In this document: piece by piece, positions 12,906 to 24,474 of the stretch | Layout: every line of letters starts with the position of its first letter | Numbering within the stretch: the stretch's first letter is position 1 | Source: Somniosus microcephalus | Lineage: Eukaryota | Assembly (NCBI GenBank): GCA_052327205.1 | Contig: CM126204.1 | Coordinates: 302,498,001-302,562,000 of the forward strand | Length of the DNA: 64,000 bases | Direction: 5' to 3' | Program-made: the position numbers and the translations under genes | Notes under the pieces: model-generated | Databases searched by the model: none | Told to the model about the DNA's origin: nothing | The model's input: the letters and a program-made list of their open reading frames with translations, nothing else

Positions 12906-14512
12906 AAAATCAAATGTTCAAGTGAATAATAATAACTCCTATGTAGAAAGCTTTCAGTCACTATGGACAGCATAGCACTGATGGTGTTAGAAGTCATATG
13001 TACCCAAAGTGAAAGAGACCATGGTAACGCTTTTGTCATTCTTCTTATTGTCTATATGTGGTCAATGCTCAGCCTCAGAAATGTAAAATAAAAGATTATC
13101 TACAATTGCAAAATGACAGCACTGCTGAGCTAAGTAGCACCGAAACATCCAAGATTACACCCTATTGATCTGTGGTGTTTCTACTTTGTCTCCTGTTGTC
13201 TTGATAAGTCACCCTTGGTCAGGCACCAATTGCTGTCAAGCTTTCAAGCTTGATTAGGATAACACAGGAAAGCAAAAAATAAGTAAGTTTCATTTTGTAC
13301 CGTTCTGACCAGTTTGGTGGGAATGATGTGCTTAGGCATGTGGGGGGTGGGGCTGATATTTAGTTGGGGAACCTATACCATTTGTCACACCTGAATTATA
13401 GTTGATTTTTGTCTTCAGTAACATAAAACACACTCAGGGTGGTGTTCTAAATTGCTGATTGCACAAGTAAAAATTTGCATCCAGCTGTTCCGTTACTGAT
13501 CTTCTGTGGTGTTGCTTTGAGATAGTCTGAGGTCTGGAGGTATTGTTTATTGACTGAGGTGGAGTTTTGTTTAATCTGGCCTGTTCGTTTAAGGCCACTG
13601 CTCAGCAACCTTGTGGGGACGTGATTTACATAGGCGTGTCCTGAGGTCAATTAGAGGCCAATTGCTGTTGCTGAGAGGTTTGTGTAAATTTCCAGCTCCT
13701 CACCTTGGGGAGAGGACAGGCTATGAAGGTCAGGAGAAACCAGCAAAGAATGATTGACTTTCTTTTTTTTTTGATAATCTCTATACTTTTTTTTAAAGAT
13801 TGTCCAGTTATGATTTGCTGCTGTTTTAGGAATATCATACTTGAGCTAATCAAGTGTCATTGTGGCACATACTACAGATGTGTGACAAAGTGGACACTTT
13901 TGAGCGTGGAACTTTCATGAGTGATGGTCACATGCAAGACTTAATGTGCTAGATTCCATTTAAAGAATTGGCTCCAAAATTTGCATTTTTTTCCAAATCC
14001 AGGGAAATTAAAAAAAAAACTATTGCTTTATCCACCCTGTTACTTCTTGCTAATTGAATAGTTGTAAATAGGTTATTCTGTATAAAAAGCATTTCCATTA
14101 AAAAGCAGCAGCATACTCTTGTGCAGTTGTTCCAAATTAACTGTGCATTCTTTCTTCTCGACTGACATTTTTGTAAGCTAATGACCTAGTTTGTGATGTG
14201 TTTGGATGCCACATAATCACACCTGTTGGAGAAGAAAATAATCTGCTTGTCATTGGTTCAATCAAAAAGAGTGACAGTATTCTACATAAGAACATAAGAA
14301 ATAGGAGCAGGAGTAGGCCAATTGGCCCCTCGAGCCTGCTCCGCCATTCAATAAGATCATGGCTGATCTGATCCTAACCGCCAATCCACTATGACAGGAC
14401 TATCTCCTGAATCTAACAGCATTAGACACACGAAAACAGGAGCAGGATCAGGCTACACGGCCCCTGGGCCCGCTCCGCTACCCACAGGGCCATGACCTAT
14501 CCGAACCTAGAC

Positions 14513-16021
14513 TCATGTCCAAATTCCTGCCCGCTCCCCGTAACCCTTAATTCCCTTTTCTACTAGGAAACTGTCTATTTCTGTTTTAAATTTATGTAAT
14601 GATGTAGCTTCGACAGCTTTTTGGGGCAGCATATTCCATGGACCTACCACCCTCTGAGTGAAGTAGTTCCTCCTCATCTCAGTTTTGAAAGAGCAGCCCC
14701 TTATTCTAAGACTATGCCCCCTAGTTCTAGTTTCACCCATCATCTGGAACATCCTCCCCGCATCCACCCGATCCAACCCCTTCATAATCTTATATGTTTC
14801 AATAAGATCGCCTCTCATTCTTCTGAACTCCAATGAGTAGAGTCCCAATCTACTCAACCTCTCCTCATATGTCCATCCCCTCATCCCCGGGATTAATCGA
14901 GTGAACCTTCTTTGTACTGACTCGAGAGCAAGTATGTCCTTTCTTAAGTATGGACACCAAAACTGTATGCAGTATTCCAGGTGCGGTCTCACCAATACCT
15001 TGTACAACTGAAGCAATACCTCCCTATTTTTATATTCTATCCCCCTAGCAATGAAAGCCAACATTCCATTGGCCTTCTTAATCACTTGCTGCACCTGCAT
15101 ACTAACCTTTTGAGTTTCGTGCACCAGGACCCCCAGATCCCTTTGTACTTCAGTACTTTCCAGTTTCTTGCCATTAAGATAATAACTTGCTCTACGATTT
15201 TTCCTGCCAAAGTGCATAACCTCACACTTTCCAGTATTGTATTCCATCTGCCAAATCTCTGCCCACTTACTTAGCCTGTCTATGTCCCCTTGCAGGTTTT
15301 TTATGTCCTCCTCACTCACTACTTTCCCTCCCATCTTAGTATCATCTGCAAACTTTGATGTGTTACACTCGGTCCCCTCCTCCAAATCGTTAATATAGAT
15401 TGTAAAGAGTTGGGGACCCAGCACTGACCCCTGCGGAACACCACTGGTTACTGATTGCCAGTCTGAATATGAACCATTTATCCCAACTCTCTGCCTTCTG
15501 TTAGATAGCCAATCCTCTATCCATGCCAGAATATTACCCCCAATCCCGTGATTTTTTATCTTAAGCAATAATCTTTTGTGTGGCACCTTGTCAAATGCCT
15601 TTTGGAAGTCTAAATACACTACGTCCACTGGTTCACCTTTATCCACCCTATATGTTACTTCCTCAAAGAACTCCAGCAAATTTGTCAAACATGACTTCCC
15701 CTTCATAAAACCATGCTGACTTTGTCCTATTAAATTATGATTATCCAAATGTCCTGTTACTGTCTCCTTAATAATGGACTCCAAAATTTTACCTACCACA
15801 GATGTTAGGCTAACCGGTCTATAGTTTCCAGCCTTCTGTCTACTGCCCTTTTTAAATAAGGGTGTTACATTAGCAGTTTTCCAGTCTGCCGGGACCTTTG
15901 CTGAGTCCAGGGAGTTTTGGAAGATTATTACCAATGCATCCACAATCCCTACCGCCACTTCCCTCAAAACCCTAGGATGTAAGCCATCAGGTCCAGGTGA
16001 TTTATCCGTCTTGAGTCCCAT
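14513..16021 (-). CDS. LINE ORF2, reverse transcriptase portion
   Basis: 502 aa without interruption: [47 protein letters not shown]. Confidence 0.95.
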   Translation of the reverse strand: MGLKTDKSPGPDGLHPRVLREVAVGIVDALVIIFQNSLDSAKVPADWKTANVTPLFKKGSRQKAGNYRPVSLTSVVGKILESIIKETVTGHLDNHNLIGQSQHGFMKGKSCLTNLLEFFEEVTYRVDKGEPVDVVYLDFQKAFDKVPHKRLLLKIKNHGIGGNILAWIEDWLSNRRQRVGINGSYSDWQSVTSGVPQGSVLGPQLFTIYINDLEEGTECNTSKFADDTKMGGKVVSEEDIKNLQGDIDRLSKWAEIWQMEYNTGKCEVMHFGRKNRRASYYLNGKKLESTEVQRDLGVLVHETQKVSMQVQQVIKKANGMLAFIARGIEYKNREVLLQLYKVLVRPHLEYCIQFWCPYLRKDILALESVQRRFTRLIPGMRGWTYEERLSRLGLYSLEFRRMRGDLIETYKIMKGLDRVDAGRMFQMMGETRTRGHSLRIRGCSFKTEMRRNYFTQRVVGPWNMLPQKAVEATSLHKFKTEIDSFLVEKGIKGYGERAGIWT

Positions 16022-16062
16022 TATTTTACCAAGTACTACTTCCTTAGTGATTTTAATCGTAT

Positions 16063-17478
16063 TTAGCTCCTCCCCCCCATAGCCCCCTGCTTGTCAAGTG
16101 TTGGGATATTCTTGGTGTCCTCTACTGTAAAGACTGATACAAAATATTCATTCAGTGTTTTTGCCATCTCCATATTTCCCACCATTAATTTCCCGGTCTC
16201 ATCCTCTAAGGGACCAACATTTACTTTAGCCACCCTTTTTCTTTTTATATAACTATAAAAACTCTTACTATCTGTCTTTATATTTTTTGCTAATTTACTT
16301 TCATAATCTATCTTCCCTTTCTTAATCAATCTTTTTGTTATTTTTTGCTGTCTTTTAAAGTTTTCCCAATCCTCTATCCTCCCACTAGATTTGGCTACCT
16401 TGTATGCCCTTGTTTTTAGTCGAATACTATCCTTAATTTCTTTACTTAGCCACGGATGGCTGTCTTTTCTTTTACACCCTTTTTTTCTCAGTGGAATATA
16501 CTTTTTTTGGAATTTGTAAAATAACTCCTTAAATGTACACCACTGATCATGTATCGTCTTATCCTTTAACCTATTTTCCCAATCCACTTTACTCAATTCC
16601 GCTCTCATACCTTCATAGTCTCCTTTATTCAAGCTTAGCACGCTTGTTTGAGATACAGCCTCCTCACCCTCTAACTGAATATGGAATTCAACCATGTTAT
16701 GGTCACTCATTCCAAGGGGATCCTTTACTAGGACATTTTTAATTAATCCTGTCTCGTTACACAGGACCAGATCTAAGGTTGCTTGCCCCCTGGTTGGTTC
16801 AGTTACATACTGCTCAAGAAACCCATCCCTAATACACTCAATGAACTCATCCTCAAGGCAGCCCTGCCCAATTTGATTCGTCCAATTTATATGATAGTTA
16901 AAATCCCCCATAATTATAGATGTTCCCTTATTACAAGCCTCAACTATTTCCTGATTGATACTCCGTCCAACCGAGTTGCGACTGTTCGGAGGCCTATATA
17001 CTACACCCACTAGTGTTTTTTTCCCCTTATTATTCCTTATCTCCACCCAAACTGTTTCATTATCCTGATCCTTTGACCCAATATCATTTCTCTGTATTAC
17101 AGTGATTCCTTCCTTTATTAACATAGCCACCCCACCTCCCCTTCCTTCCTGCCTGTCCTTCCTGATTGTTAAATAACCTGGTATGTTTAATTCCCAGGCA
17201 TTGTCACCCTGCAGCCATGTTTCTGTAATGGCCACAAGATCATACCCATATGTAGCTATTTGTGCCTTTAACTCGTCTATTTTGTTACGAATGCTACGTG
17301 CATTCAGATAGAGAACTTTCAAATATGTTTTGTGACACTTAGTTCCTGCTATTGCCCTTTTTATTACTTTACCTTTTACTCCACACCTTCTACCCCTTCC
17401 TGACACGCTCTGGTTTTTAATTTCCCCACTGCTACCTAAGTCTTTGACCTTCTCTGTTGTCATTTTTATTATTTGCAC
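16063..17478 (-). CDS. LINE ORF2, APE-type endonuclease and linker (frameshifted relative to the RT part)
   Basis: YLNARS, ITETWL, GGGVA, VYRPP, IMGDFN, LDLV and SDH motifs. The frame shifts in a C7 run at 16072-16078. Confidence 0.95.
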   Translation of the reverse strand: MQIIKMTTEKVKDLGSSGEIKNQSVSGRGRRCGVKGKVIKRAIAGTKCHKTYLKVLYLNARSIRNKIDELKAQIATYGYDLVAITETWLQGDNAWELNIPGYLTIRKDRQEGRGGGVAMLIKEGITVIQRNDIGSKDQDNETVWVEIRNNKGKKTLVGVVYRPPNSRNSVGRSINQEIVEACNKGTSIIMGDFNYHINWTNQIGQGCLEDEFIECIRDGFLEQYVTEPTRGQATLDLVLCNETGLIKNVLVKDPLGMSDHNMVEFHIQLEGEEAVSQTSVLSLNKGDYEGMRAELSKVDWENRLKDKTIHDQWCTFKELFYKFQKKYIPLRKKGCKRKDSHPWLSKEIKDSIRLKTRAYKVAKSSGRIEDWENFKRQQKITKRLIKKGKIDYESKLAKNIKTDSKSFYSYIKRKRVAKVNVGPLEDETGKLMVGNMEMAKTLNEYFVSVFTVEDTKNIPTLDKQGAMGGRS

Positions 17479-17501
17479 TCTAGGAACCTCCCCCCCACTA
17501 G

Positions 17502-18140
17502 TTAGTTTAAAGCCCTCTCTACAGCCCTAGTTATATGATCCGCCAGGACTCTAGTCCCAGCACTGGCCAAGTGAAGCCCGTCCCAACGGAACAGCTCCCT
17601 CCTGTCCCAGTACTGGTGCCAGTGTCCCAGGAAGCAAAACCCATTTCTCCCACACCAGTCTTTGAGCCACGCATTTAACTCTCTAATTTTATTTGTCCTA
17701 GCCAAATTCGCTCGTGGCTCAGGTAATAATCCAGAGATTATTACCCTTGTGGTTCTGCTTTTTAATTTGGCCCCTAGCTGCTCAAACTCCCTCAGCAGAA
17801 CCTCCTTCCTTGTCCTATCTATGTCGTTGGTACCAACATGGACCACGACAACTGGATCCTCCCCCTCCCACTCCAAGTTTCTGTCCAGCCCAGAGGAGAT
17901 GTCCTTAACCCTGGCACCGGGTAGGCAACACAGCCTACGGGACTCTCGCTCTTGGCTGCAGAGAACTCTATCTATCCCCCTAATAATACTATCCCCTACC
18001 ACTACAACATTTCTATTTACTCCCCCCTCTTGAATGGCCCCCCTCTCCACGGTGCTGTGGCCAGGTTGCTCATCCTCCCTGCAGCCCCTGCTTCCGTCTC
18101 CACAGGGAGTAAGAAGCTCGAACCTGTTGGACAAGAGCAA
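17502..18140 (-). CDS. LINE ORF1 C-terminal SGNH/GDSL esterase domain (ORF1 incomplete)
   Basis: VVVGDSIIR, HVGTND and DGLHL blocks. An in-frame TAG lies just upstream and the N-terminus is lost. Confidence 0.9.
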   Translation of the reverse strand: MLLSNRFELLTPCGDGSRGCREDEQPGHSTVERGAIQEGGVNRNVVVVGDSIIRGIDRVLCSQERESRRLCCLPGARVKDISSGLDRNLEWEGEDPVVVVHVGTNDIDRTRKEVLLREFEQLGAKLKSRTTRVIISGLLPEPRANLARTNKIRELNAWLKDWCGRNGFCFLGHWHQYWDRRELFRWDGLHLASAGTRVLADHITRAVERALN

Positions 18141-18352
18141 GGGCTACGGCTCCTCCAACACTACCTTCTGCATCCCCGTACCTGCCTCACTCGTGGTCAC
18201 ACCGTCCTGTCCCTGACCATGGGCTACATCTGAATTAATTAACTTCATAGGTCTCAGTCTGTCTGCTACTTTTTCTGTAAGAGAAAACTACCAGAACTTC
18301 TGTGTTTGCTTTTTATTCTTTTACTTACAAGCAATAAAACAGATGGCACTAG

Positions 18353-18905
18353 GGGTGGGTTTGCCACCAGAGGAGAGGAGAGAATGTGATTTCTGCCCAT
18401 CACTCTAACCCCACAGTGACCCTGCCCCTTTTACCTGGGTCGGGCCTATTTTACGCGCAGTGCAGGCTCCCAGCAGGATCCCCGCTACTAAGAGGGAGCC
18501 TGCCGCTGTTACAGTGGGAAAAGTCAGTTGCAGCAACAGAAGAGGAGGAAGGATCTTAACGGAGCAGAAGAACTCTCCGTGAGCTGATTAGCTGGAAGAA
18601 AAGGGCCAACATTCTGCCAAGCGGTATTTTCGCCTCTGCCCCAGGGCCCACCACCACTCTTTTCCTGGTGGTCCTGGAGGTCAACGGAGGCAGACCAGTG
18701 AAGAGAGAAAGCAAGCGGGTATCCAGGACACATGTCCTCACCATCATTTACATGTAGTGGGATAGTCTGGACCCAGCTACTTCCCTATAGCGGGGAGAAA
18801 GGGAAATCCAGGTCGGTAGTGTTAAGGGGAGGGATGCTGTAGTAGGCTTTCCCACTCAATTTTCTTTCAGCTAAATAACTGGTAGAGCAGAGGAAACTCC
18901 AGCCC
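18353..18905. mobile_element. Old PIF/Harbinger-type MITE
   Basis: Imperfect TIRs (GGGTGGGTTTGCC ... GGAAACTCCAGCCC) flanked by TAG/TAG, with a GC-rich interior. Confidence 0.5.
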
Positions 18906-21629
18906 TAGAAGTATGGTTCAAATGTAGAGCATTTGCTGTGCCCTATGTTATAATGGTGAAAGATGACTCGGTAGGACATTAGAACAAAGGAACTGGTTCA
19001 GTGTGTTAAGAGATTGCTTGATTATACATCTTAGAATGCAAGCTATCTTCCCTTTTAAATATCTCTCTCCCAAAATGTTTAGAAGTGTACATTTTACAAT
19101 TTTTTCATTGCCTGTTACAGACTTTTTATACATTGGTTTAATCTCTGGATTATTAATGTCTCCCTGCATACCGGTTGAGGTGTCAAAAGATTTGCCTGAA
19201 ATACTCAGCACATATATTGTTTTTTTAAGTTGCTTTCTTTTGCTGAGGTTTGCAAAATGTAGCCAGGGTCTGCATTTTGTTGAAGAAATCCATGGCAAAC
19301 GATGACATCCAACCACTTCTCTTCAAACAAAATGATCAGCTGAGCAGCAGCTTGCCCATAGCCACAGCTTAAGCCCCATTCACACCACAGCTGTACATTA
19401 GTCTTCATTGTGCAATTTTGCAGCTGGTTTTTCAAGTGCATGCTAAATGGTGCAGCAGTTGTTTACTCTGACCGCCATAGCGGTTAGAGCCCCCCACCTC
19501 TCACTAAGGGATTTGTACAAAGCTGTGCAGCAGGAGGATTTGTATTAGGTTGGCATCAATGGCTGATGTGAATCTTCTGCTACCTTCCTCTGGGAGAAAG
19601 AAAGTGGACCTCACGTGACAGGCTGGTGATTTCAATGCCAGCCGGTGTCCGGATGATTCTGGGCAGCAATTGAGTGTAATGGGAGGGATCACATCAGAGT
19701 CGATATGTTGCGATCGAGACTGAATGGAATGTTTGATGGAGCTGCAGTGAAAGTGCTACAAAACTCACAATGGGTCAGTAAAGGGGTTAAATACAATTAA
19801 GTTTGACACTTGATCGGAATAGAATTTTTAATTCTAATATCCCAGAATACCACACTAACTACCGGCACTTATCTAAAGCAAAACACATCACTCATGCTAT
19901 CCATTACTGTGCTATAATTATGTTAAGTGAAGCAGAACTGAATCGATACAGTAATTTATCAGTTTCCTGACTGAATATTCTAACATGTGATACAGATTGT
20001 AGGTACAGTTGATTCCTTAAGTGATTAACCTTTTTGCCACAAAATTTTATTCACTGATAGAACTGTTCCCTTAACAATGCTGTTTCCCTTCCTTTTTTGC
20101 TGTGATGCATTGATTCCTAATTTTAGAAAGAACAGCAATCCATTAATTTTAATTTGTAATATTTTGGAAAGTGTACGAGATGCAGCCAAGCAGCAATAGG
20201 CTGTAGAATGCAACATAGAATGTGAGTCTGAGTAAACACTGGGCTGCGAACAAACCAAAAATGTGTGCCCTTTGACGGGCTTACAGTAAAGTAATAATCA
20301 TATAAAAAAAAGAAAATGGCATTTGTTTTGAAATTCTGTTCATTGAACAATAGTGTTTTCTTCACATTTATATGGTAATAATTTGTATTGAGTTAACTTT
20401 ATAAATTCTTCAAGAATCTTGTGTTCTAAGTTGCTTATCAATTCTGTTTTAGTACACTTATTAAACTTAACAATTAGAAATTACTGCCATTACACTTAAT
20501 TGTTGCGAGGCACCCTCAGCAGATGGCAGAAAGAACTTCCAAGTTTGCAACTTTTGTTATTTTGCCTGTTGTGTCTGTTTTTAACATTTGACATCTAAAA
20601 TGTGTTTCAGTAGAACTGAAATATTTGTGTGTGTGTGTTTCTAGTGCGATATGACCTTTTCAGAATGATGGAATTGGACCACGTAACACAAGTTATTAAA
20701 TCAAAGAATGGTCTGGTTATACTGCTTTGACAATAATTATTCTTTTGCAGCGGGCTTGTGCTGCATTATATTTGTACAGTCTTCCAGCTGTTTTACGTTG
20801 TGTTAATACTGTACTGGGAGCGGGGAGGAGGAGGACAGTTCTAAAAATATACATATTGATTTTCTGAAGGAATTCTCCTTTACGTTTCAGGGGCTCACTG
20901 TTTACCTGCACTGCTCCACAGCTCAGCATGCTGGTGTAATCTTGTGATGTGGCCAGTACAGACCTGAATGGCTGTATGGTCACACAAAATGCCTTTTTGA
21001 TGACAGCTGTTTGAATAAGAGATTGCTCTGTTCTTGGTTGCAGCTTTCACATTGTTTAAAAGGCTAGAACTAGTATCTAAACAATATGGGCATTGCAATG
21101 TGCTGGTTAACCATAAGAAATGCATTTGACATCTTATCTAATTTATAAACGCTGCTGTGCAAAATACAGAATTTCTGTTTCCATATTTGATACGTTCTTG
21201 GTGCAGTTGTGGTCTTTACTGAGAATGGAACCCAAGATTTATTAATAGAAGTGCTATTAACCTGTGCTTTAGTTTGTTTACTGTCTCCTTAGTTCAGTTA
21301 TTCATGGGTTAAGTTGTTTTACAAAAAAGTAACAAGGTGTTGAAAAGAAAAATATTAGACTATTTTATTTGGCAACTGCATTTAGAACTTTCTTTTAGTT
21401 GTTGAATTTGTTATGTGCAGATTTTGTTTGGCAGAGTATATTGCGGAAGAAATATTGATGGACTTTTTTTTAGTTTGAAGTAAATATTCTTTTAACTGTG
21501 GTTGTATCCTGTGATCTGAGTAGCATACTGTGTACCTAGGTTTTCATGATCAAGTAAACATATTTTTGTGCACAGCCAGGAAAAACAATTTATACCTGTA
21601 TTACCTGCACTTGTTTAATTTGGACCTAA

Positions 21630-22220
21630 CTGGTTTCTTACCCGCTGCTCACTTAAGGTGTGACGGCGTGAACTGTGGCTGTGCCAGAGAAATTCTCAAA
21701 ATGGTTGCCAAGCTCTAAAATGGCTGCCAAGGGCAAAGCCGAGCGCAGGTTCAAAACTGTAACTGCGTTCTCAGGATTTCGTCTTCAGTTTTTAAAACAG
21801 AATGTGGCTGGATTTGGCAGCTGCTCCTTGGCACAGACAGCAATAATGTCATCCAGCAATTCAAGCAGTAAATACACAATTCACTTGCTGTATTTGGCAG
21901 GCTTATGTACAGAGCACAATAGTAAGGGAAGCAAAACAGTTGTAAAATGGCTGCCACATAAAGGCCTTTGTCTGTGTAAATCATCAAAAAAAAACCTATT
22001 TTACATTTTATTTAAAAAGCAGCATGTTGCGAGAAAGTTGGCTTTGAAATCCATAAGCTTCAAGTACAAACACAGTGAAGAAAAGCGTATAATCTTGTAC
22101 TTGGAATCAGTCTTCATGAATACTTAAAATGGCGTTTGCTATTACATAAAATGGCTGATGTGAAGTCACGTCAGGACAGCATGTGCTGGAGTGTAAAGGG
22201 TTTTGCGCAGGCGTAGTTTG
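21630..22220 (+). promoter_or_regulatory. Candidate enhancer or promoter with clustered YY1-like motifs
   Basis: Five co-oriented AAAATGG(C/T) motifs (about 21697, 21717, 21944, 22126, 22148), TTGGCA half-sites, GTCACGTCA (about 22165) and TGCGCAGGCG (22204) in non-repetitive sequence. Confidence 0.45.
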
Positions 22221-22599
22221 CTTCAAACTTCAAGCCTGTTTTATTTCAGTGCTACGGTGTAGAAATACATACTCTGACTTCAGCTCTTTTGTTTGTTGGC
22301 ACATCATTAGCAACTGGTAAATATTAACAGGAAAATAAATTGACAAGCTGCTGTACCTTAGCCAACGTCTATTTTTGTGTCTGAGGGAACTAATGAAATG
22401 TGAGTGAATTAAATCACATTGATACTAGAGCCGATTAGGATTTTAGCTTAGTGTAAATGCCAGAGGTAGTGTCCAACTTTACAGTAAATTGGCGATGGCA
22501 TAGTGGGGATTCCCTGTCTGTGCAGCAGGCAACCTGAACTTGGACGCTGTGTTCAGATCTTGGATGGGTGCAGCTAGGAGCTTCTGCTGGCCTATCTGG

Positions 22600-23880
22600 C
22601 ACCTGCCCCAGAGTAGAACAAGGTGGTTATGTGGCAGCAAAACAGAAAAGGAAGACAGAGGAGGGCAAGGAGCAGCTTTTTACCTCGAATGAAAAATTGG
22701 ATCTGGTTCAAGTTACACAGTGCAAATGCTGTATTTCCGTGACTGAGGAGTTGGCTGTGAAGATGGGTTTTTAGGATTATAGTGGCACTTGGCAAGGAGT
22801 TGATGCTTTCAAGATACTAGATGCGTATACACAAAGTCGCCTGCCAGAGAATGGCTTGTGTTGTACTGAACCTTGCCAAATGGAGCACAGCTTGGAAGAG
22901 AAATGAGAAATAGGGCAGTTCATTAGAGGTTAGCTTGTTGGATATCCATCTCCTCTGTTGATCAGTCAGGGTCATATTAAATGAAAGAGACACTGTGCTC
23001 CTATTTTCCGGCCTAATTATTACTATATTTCAAAATCTTCTGCAGTCCAGCCACAGATATGTTCCATCTTCCCCAGGCTGTTCCATGTGATTTTCCCAAA
23101 TTGCTGTTGAGAAGCTGAGAGGCAATACTCAATATGAAGGCATTACAGTGCTTTAGATGGTTATGCAGCAAAGGTGCCTTTTAGCATAAAGTTGATGCCA
23201 CCAACCACAGAAAGTTGAACATCTGCATGTTTTATGGCATCTTGAACAAAATTTCAAAAATTTCACAAATGCTGCAAGACTGTTATAAATAGATTAACAA
23301 CATCAAATGGGTGTAGCGAAGAAAGTGAATTGCCAGGATAAAAGGACAAAGCACAGCAACAACAAATTAAAGCACTGAAACTACTGAAAGTGCTAGTTTT
23401 ACCTGAATCCAGGAACGCCAAGTACTGTATTTCCATCTACTCCACAGAGGAGAAGGCCTGATCTCAGAATCTGACCAGCCTGGTAAGTGTGGATTATTTA
23501 CTTGTTAAACAGTCTTCCCATATAGTAGAAGCAATTTGAAACCATTGTTTATAAAATTTGCCTTAATTAACTTATTGCTATCAAATTGTAAGTTCATGAA
23601 GTTACATGATTAAAGTACTGAGTTTGTATACCTTAGCTGAGCTCCATATTCTAAGTCTGTGTGGCATTTGCGGCAAAACTTCTACATTTCTGTGCATGTG
23701 TACTTCAAAGTTACTAATGAAGTAGTCTCTTCTATGTCTTTCCACAAATGAATCAGCTTCATCAGTTTCTCTTGTGATAATCCCAGGGGCTATAATCATT
23801 TTAGAGGAGCACACCAGTAAGGGACAGGAAGACACTGAATTCTTGGCCAAGGCAAAACCAGCATCCTGAAACATACTACA
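22600..23880. mobile_element. Possible heavily decayed hAT-like transposase relic
   Basis: Fragments include QCKCC (zinc-finger-like) and GILNKISKISQMLQ (resembles the hAT LxxLSxxLQ segment), with many stops. Recognised by eye only. Confidence 0.25.
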
Positions 23881-24011
23881 TGGAAAACAGAGTTCACATT
23901 GTGTTGCTGAGTGGTGGGGAGACGGACTACTCTACCAGGCATCTGGGGAGTACATTGTACAGAACAAAGTATCTGCAACAATACATTAACCATTCAATAC
24001 TGCAGCCACTA

Positions 24012-24474
24012 AAGAAAGAAAGGCTCACATTTATATAGAGCCTTTCGTGGCCTTAGGATGTCCCAAAGCGCTTTACAGCCAATGAAGTACTTTTGAAGTG
24101 TAGTCACTGTTTTAATGTAGGAAAGGCGGCAGCCCAATTGCACACAGCTCCTACAAACAGCAAAGTAATAATAACTAGATAATCTGATTTTGTTATGTTG
24201 ATTGAGGGATAAATATTGGCCAGGACACCGGCGATAACTCCTCTGCTCTTCTTCGAAATAGTGCCATGGGAGTTTTTACGTCCACTTAAACCAAGGCCCC
24301 ATCAGCTCTCTTAACATCTCATCTAAAAGACGGCACTTCTGAAAGTGCAGCACTCCCTCGGTACTGCACTGGAGTGTCGGCCTGGATTTCGTGTCATGAC
24401 TCTGGAGTGGGACTTGAACCCACAAGCTTCTGACTCGGAGGTGAGAGTGCTACCCACTGAGCCACAGCTGACAC
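24012..24474 (-). mobile_element. Full-length tRNA-derived DeuSINE (SacSINE1-like)
   Basis: The minus strand has an A box (TGGCTCAGTGG), a B box (GGTTCAAGTCCC), a Deu-like core and a tail GTAAAGCGCTTTGGGACAT...CTATATAAATG with a (TTTC)n end. Confidence 0.85.

Larger units (their letters stand above)
14285..18245 (-). mobile_element. Young CR1 (HER1-like) LINE of about 4 kb, 5'-truncated within ORF1
   Basis: ORF1 esterase remnant, ORF2 endonuclease and RT, and a 3' UTR ending in (TTCTTATG)n, all on the minus strand. Confidence 0.97.

Noticed and set aside
20644-20720. Candidate exon RYDLFRMMELDHVTQVIKSKN
   Set aside because: The peptide looks protein-like, but there is no convincing donor before the stop and no recognisable family.
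21675-22127. 150-aa ORF as a single-exon gene
   Set aside because: No recognisable domain, and the 3' half has intron-like composition. It is treated as a regulatory candidate instead.
24400-24474. tRNA gene
   Set aside because: The A and B boxes belong to a SINE head followed by SINE body; there is no complete cloverleaf or terminator.
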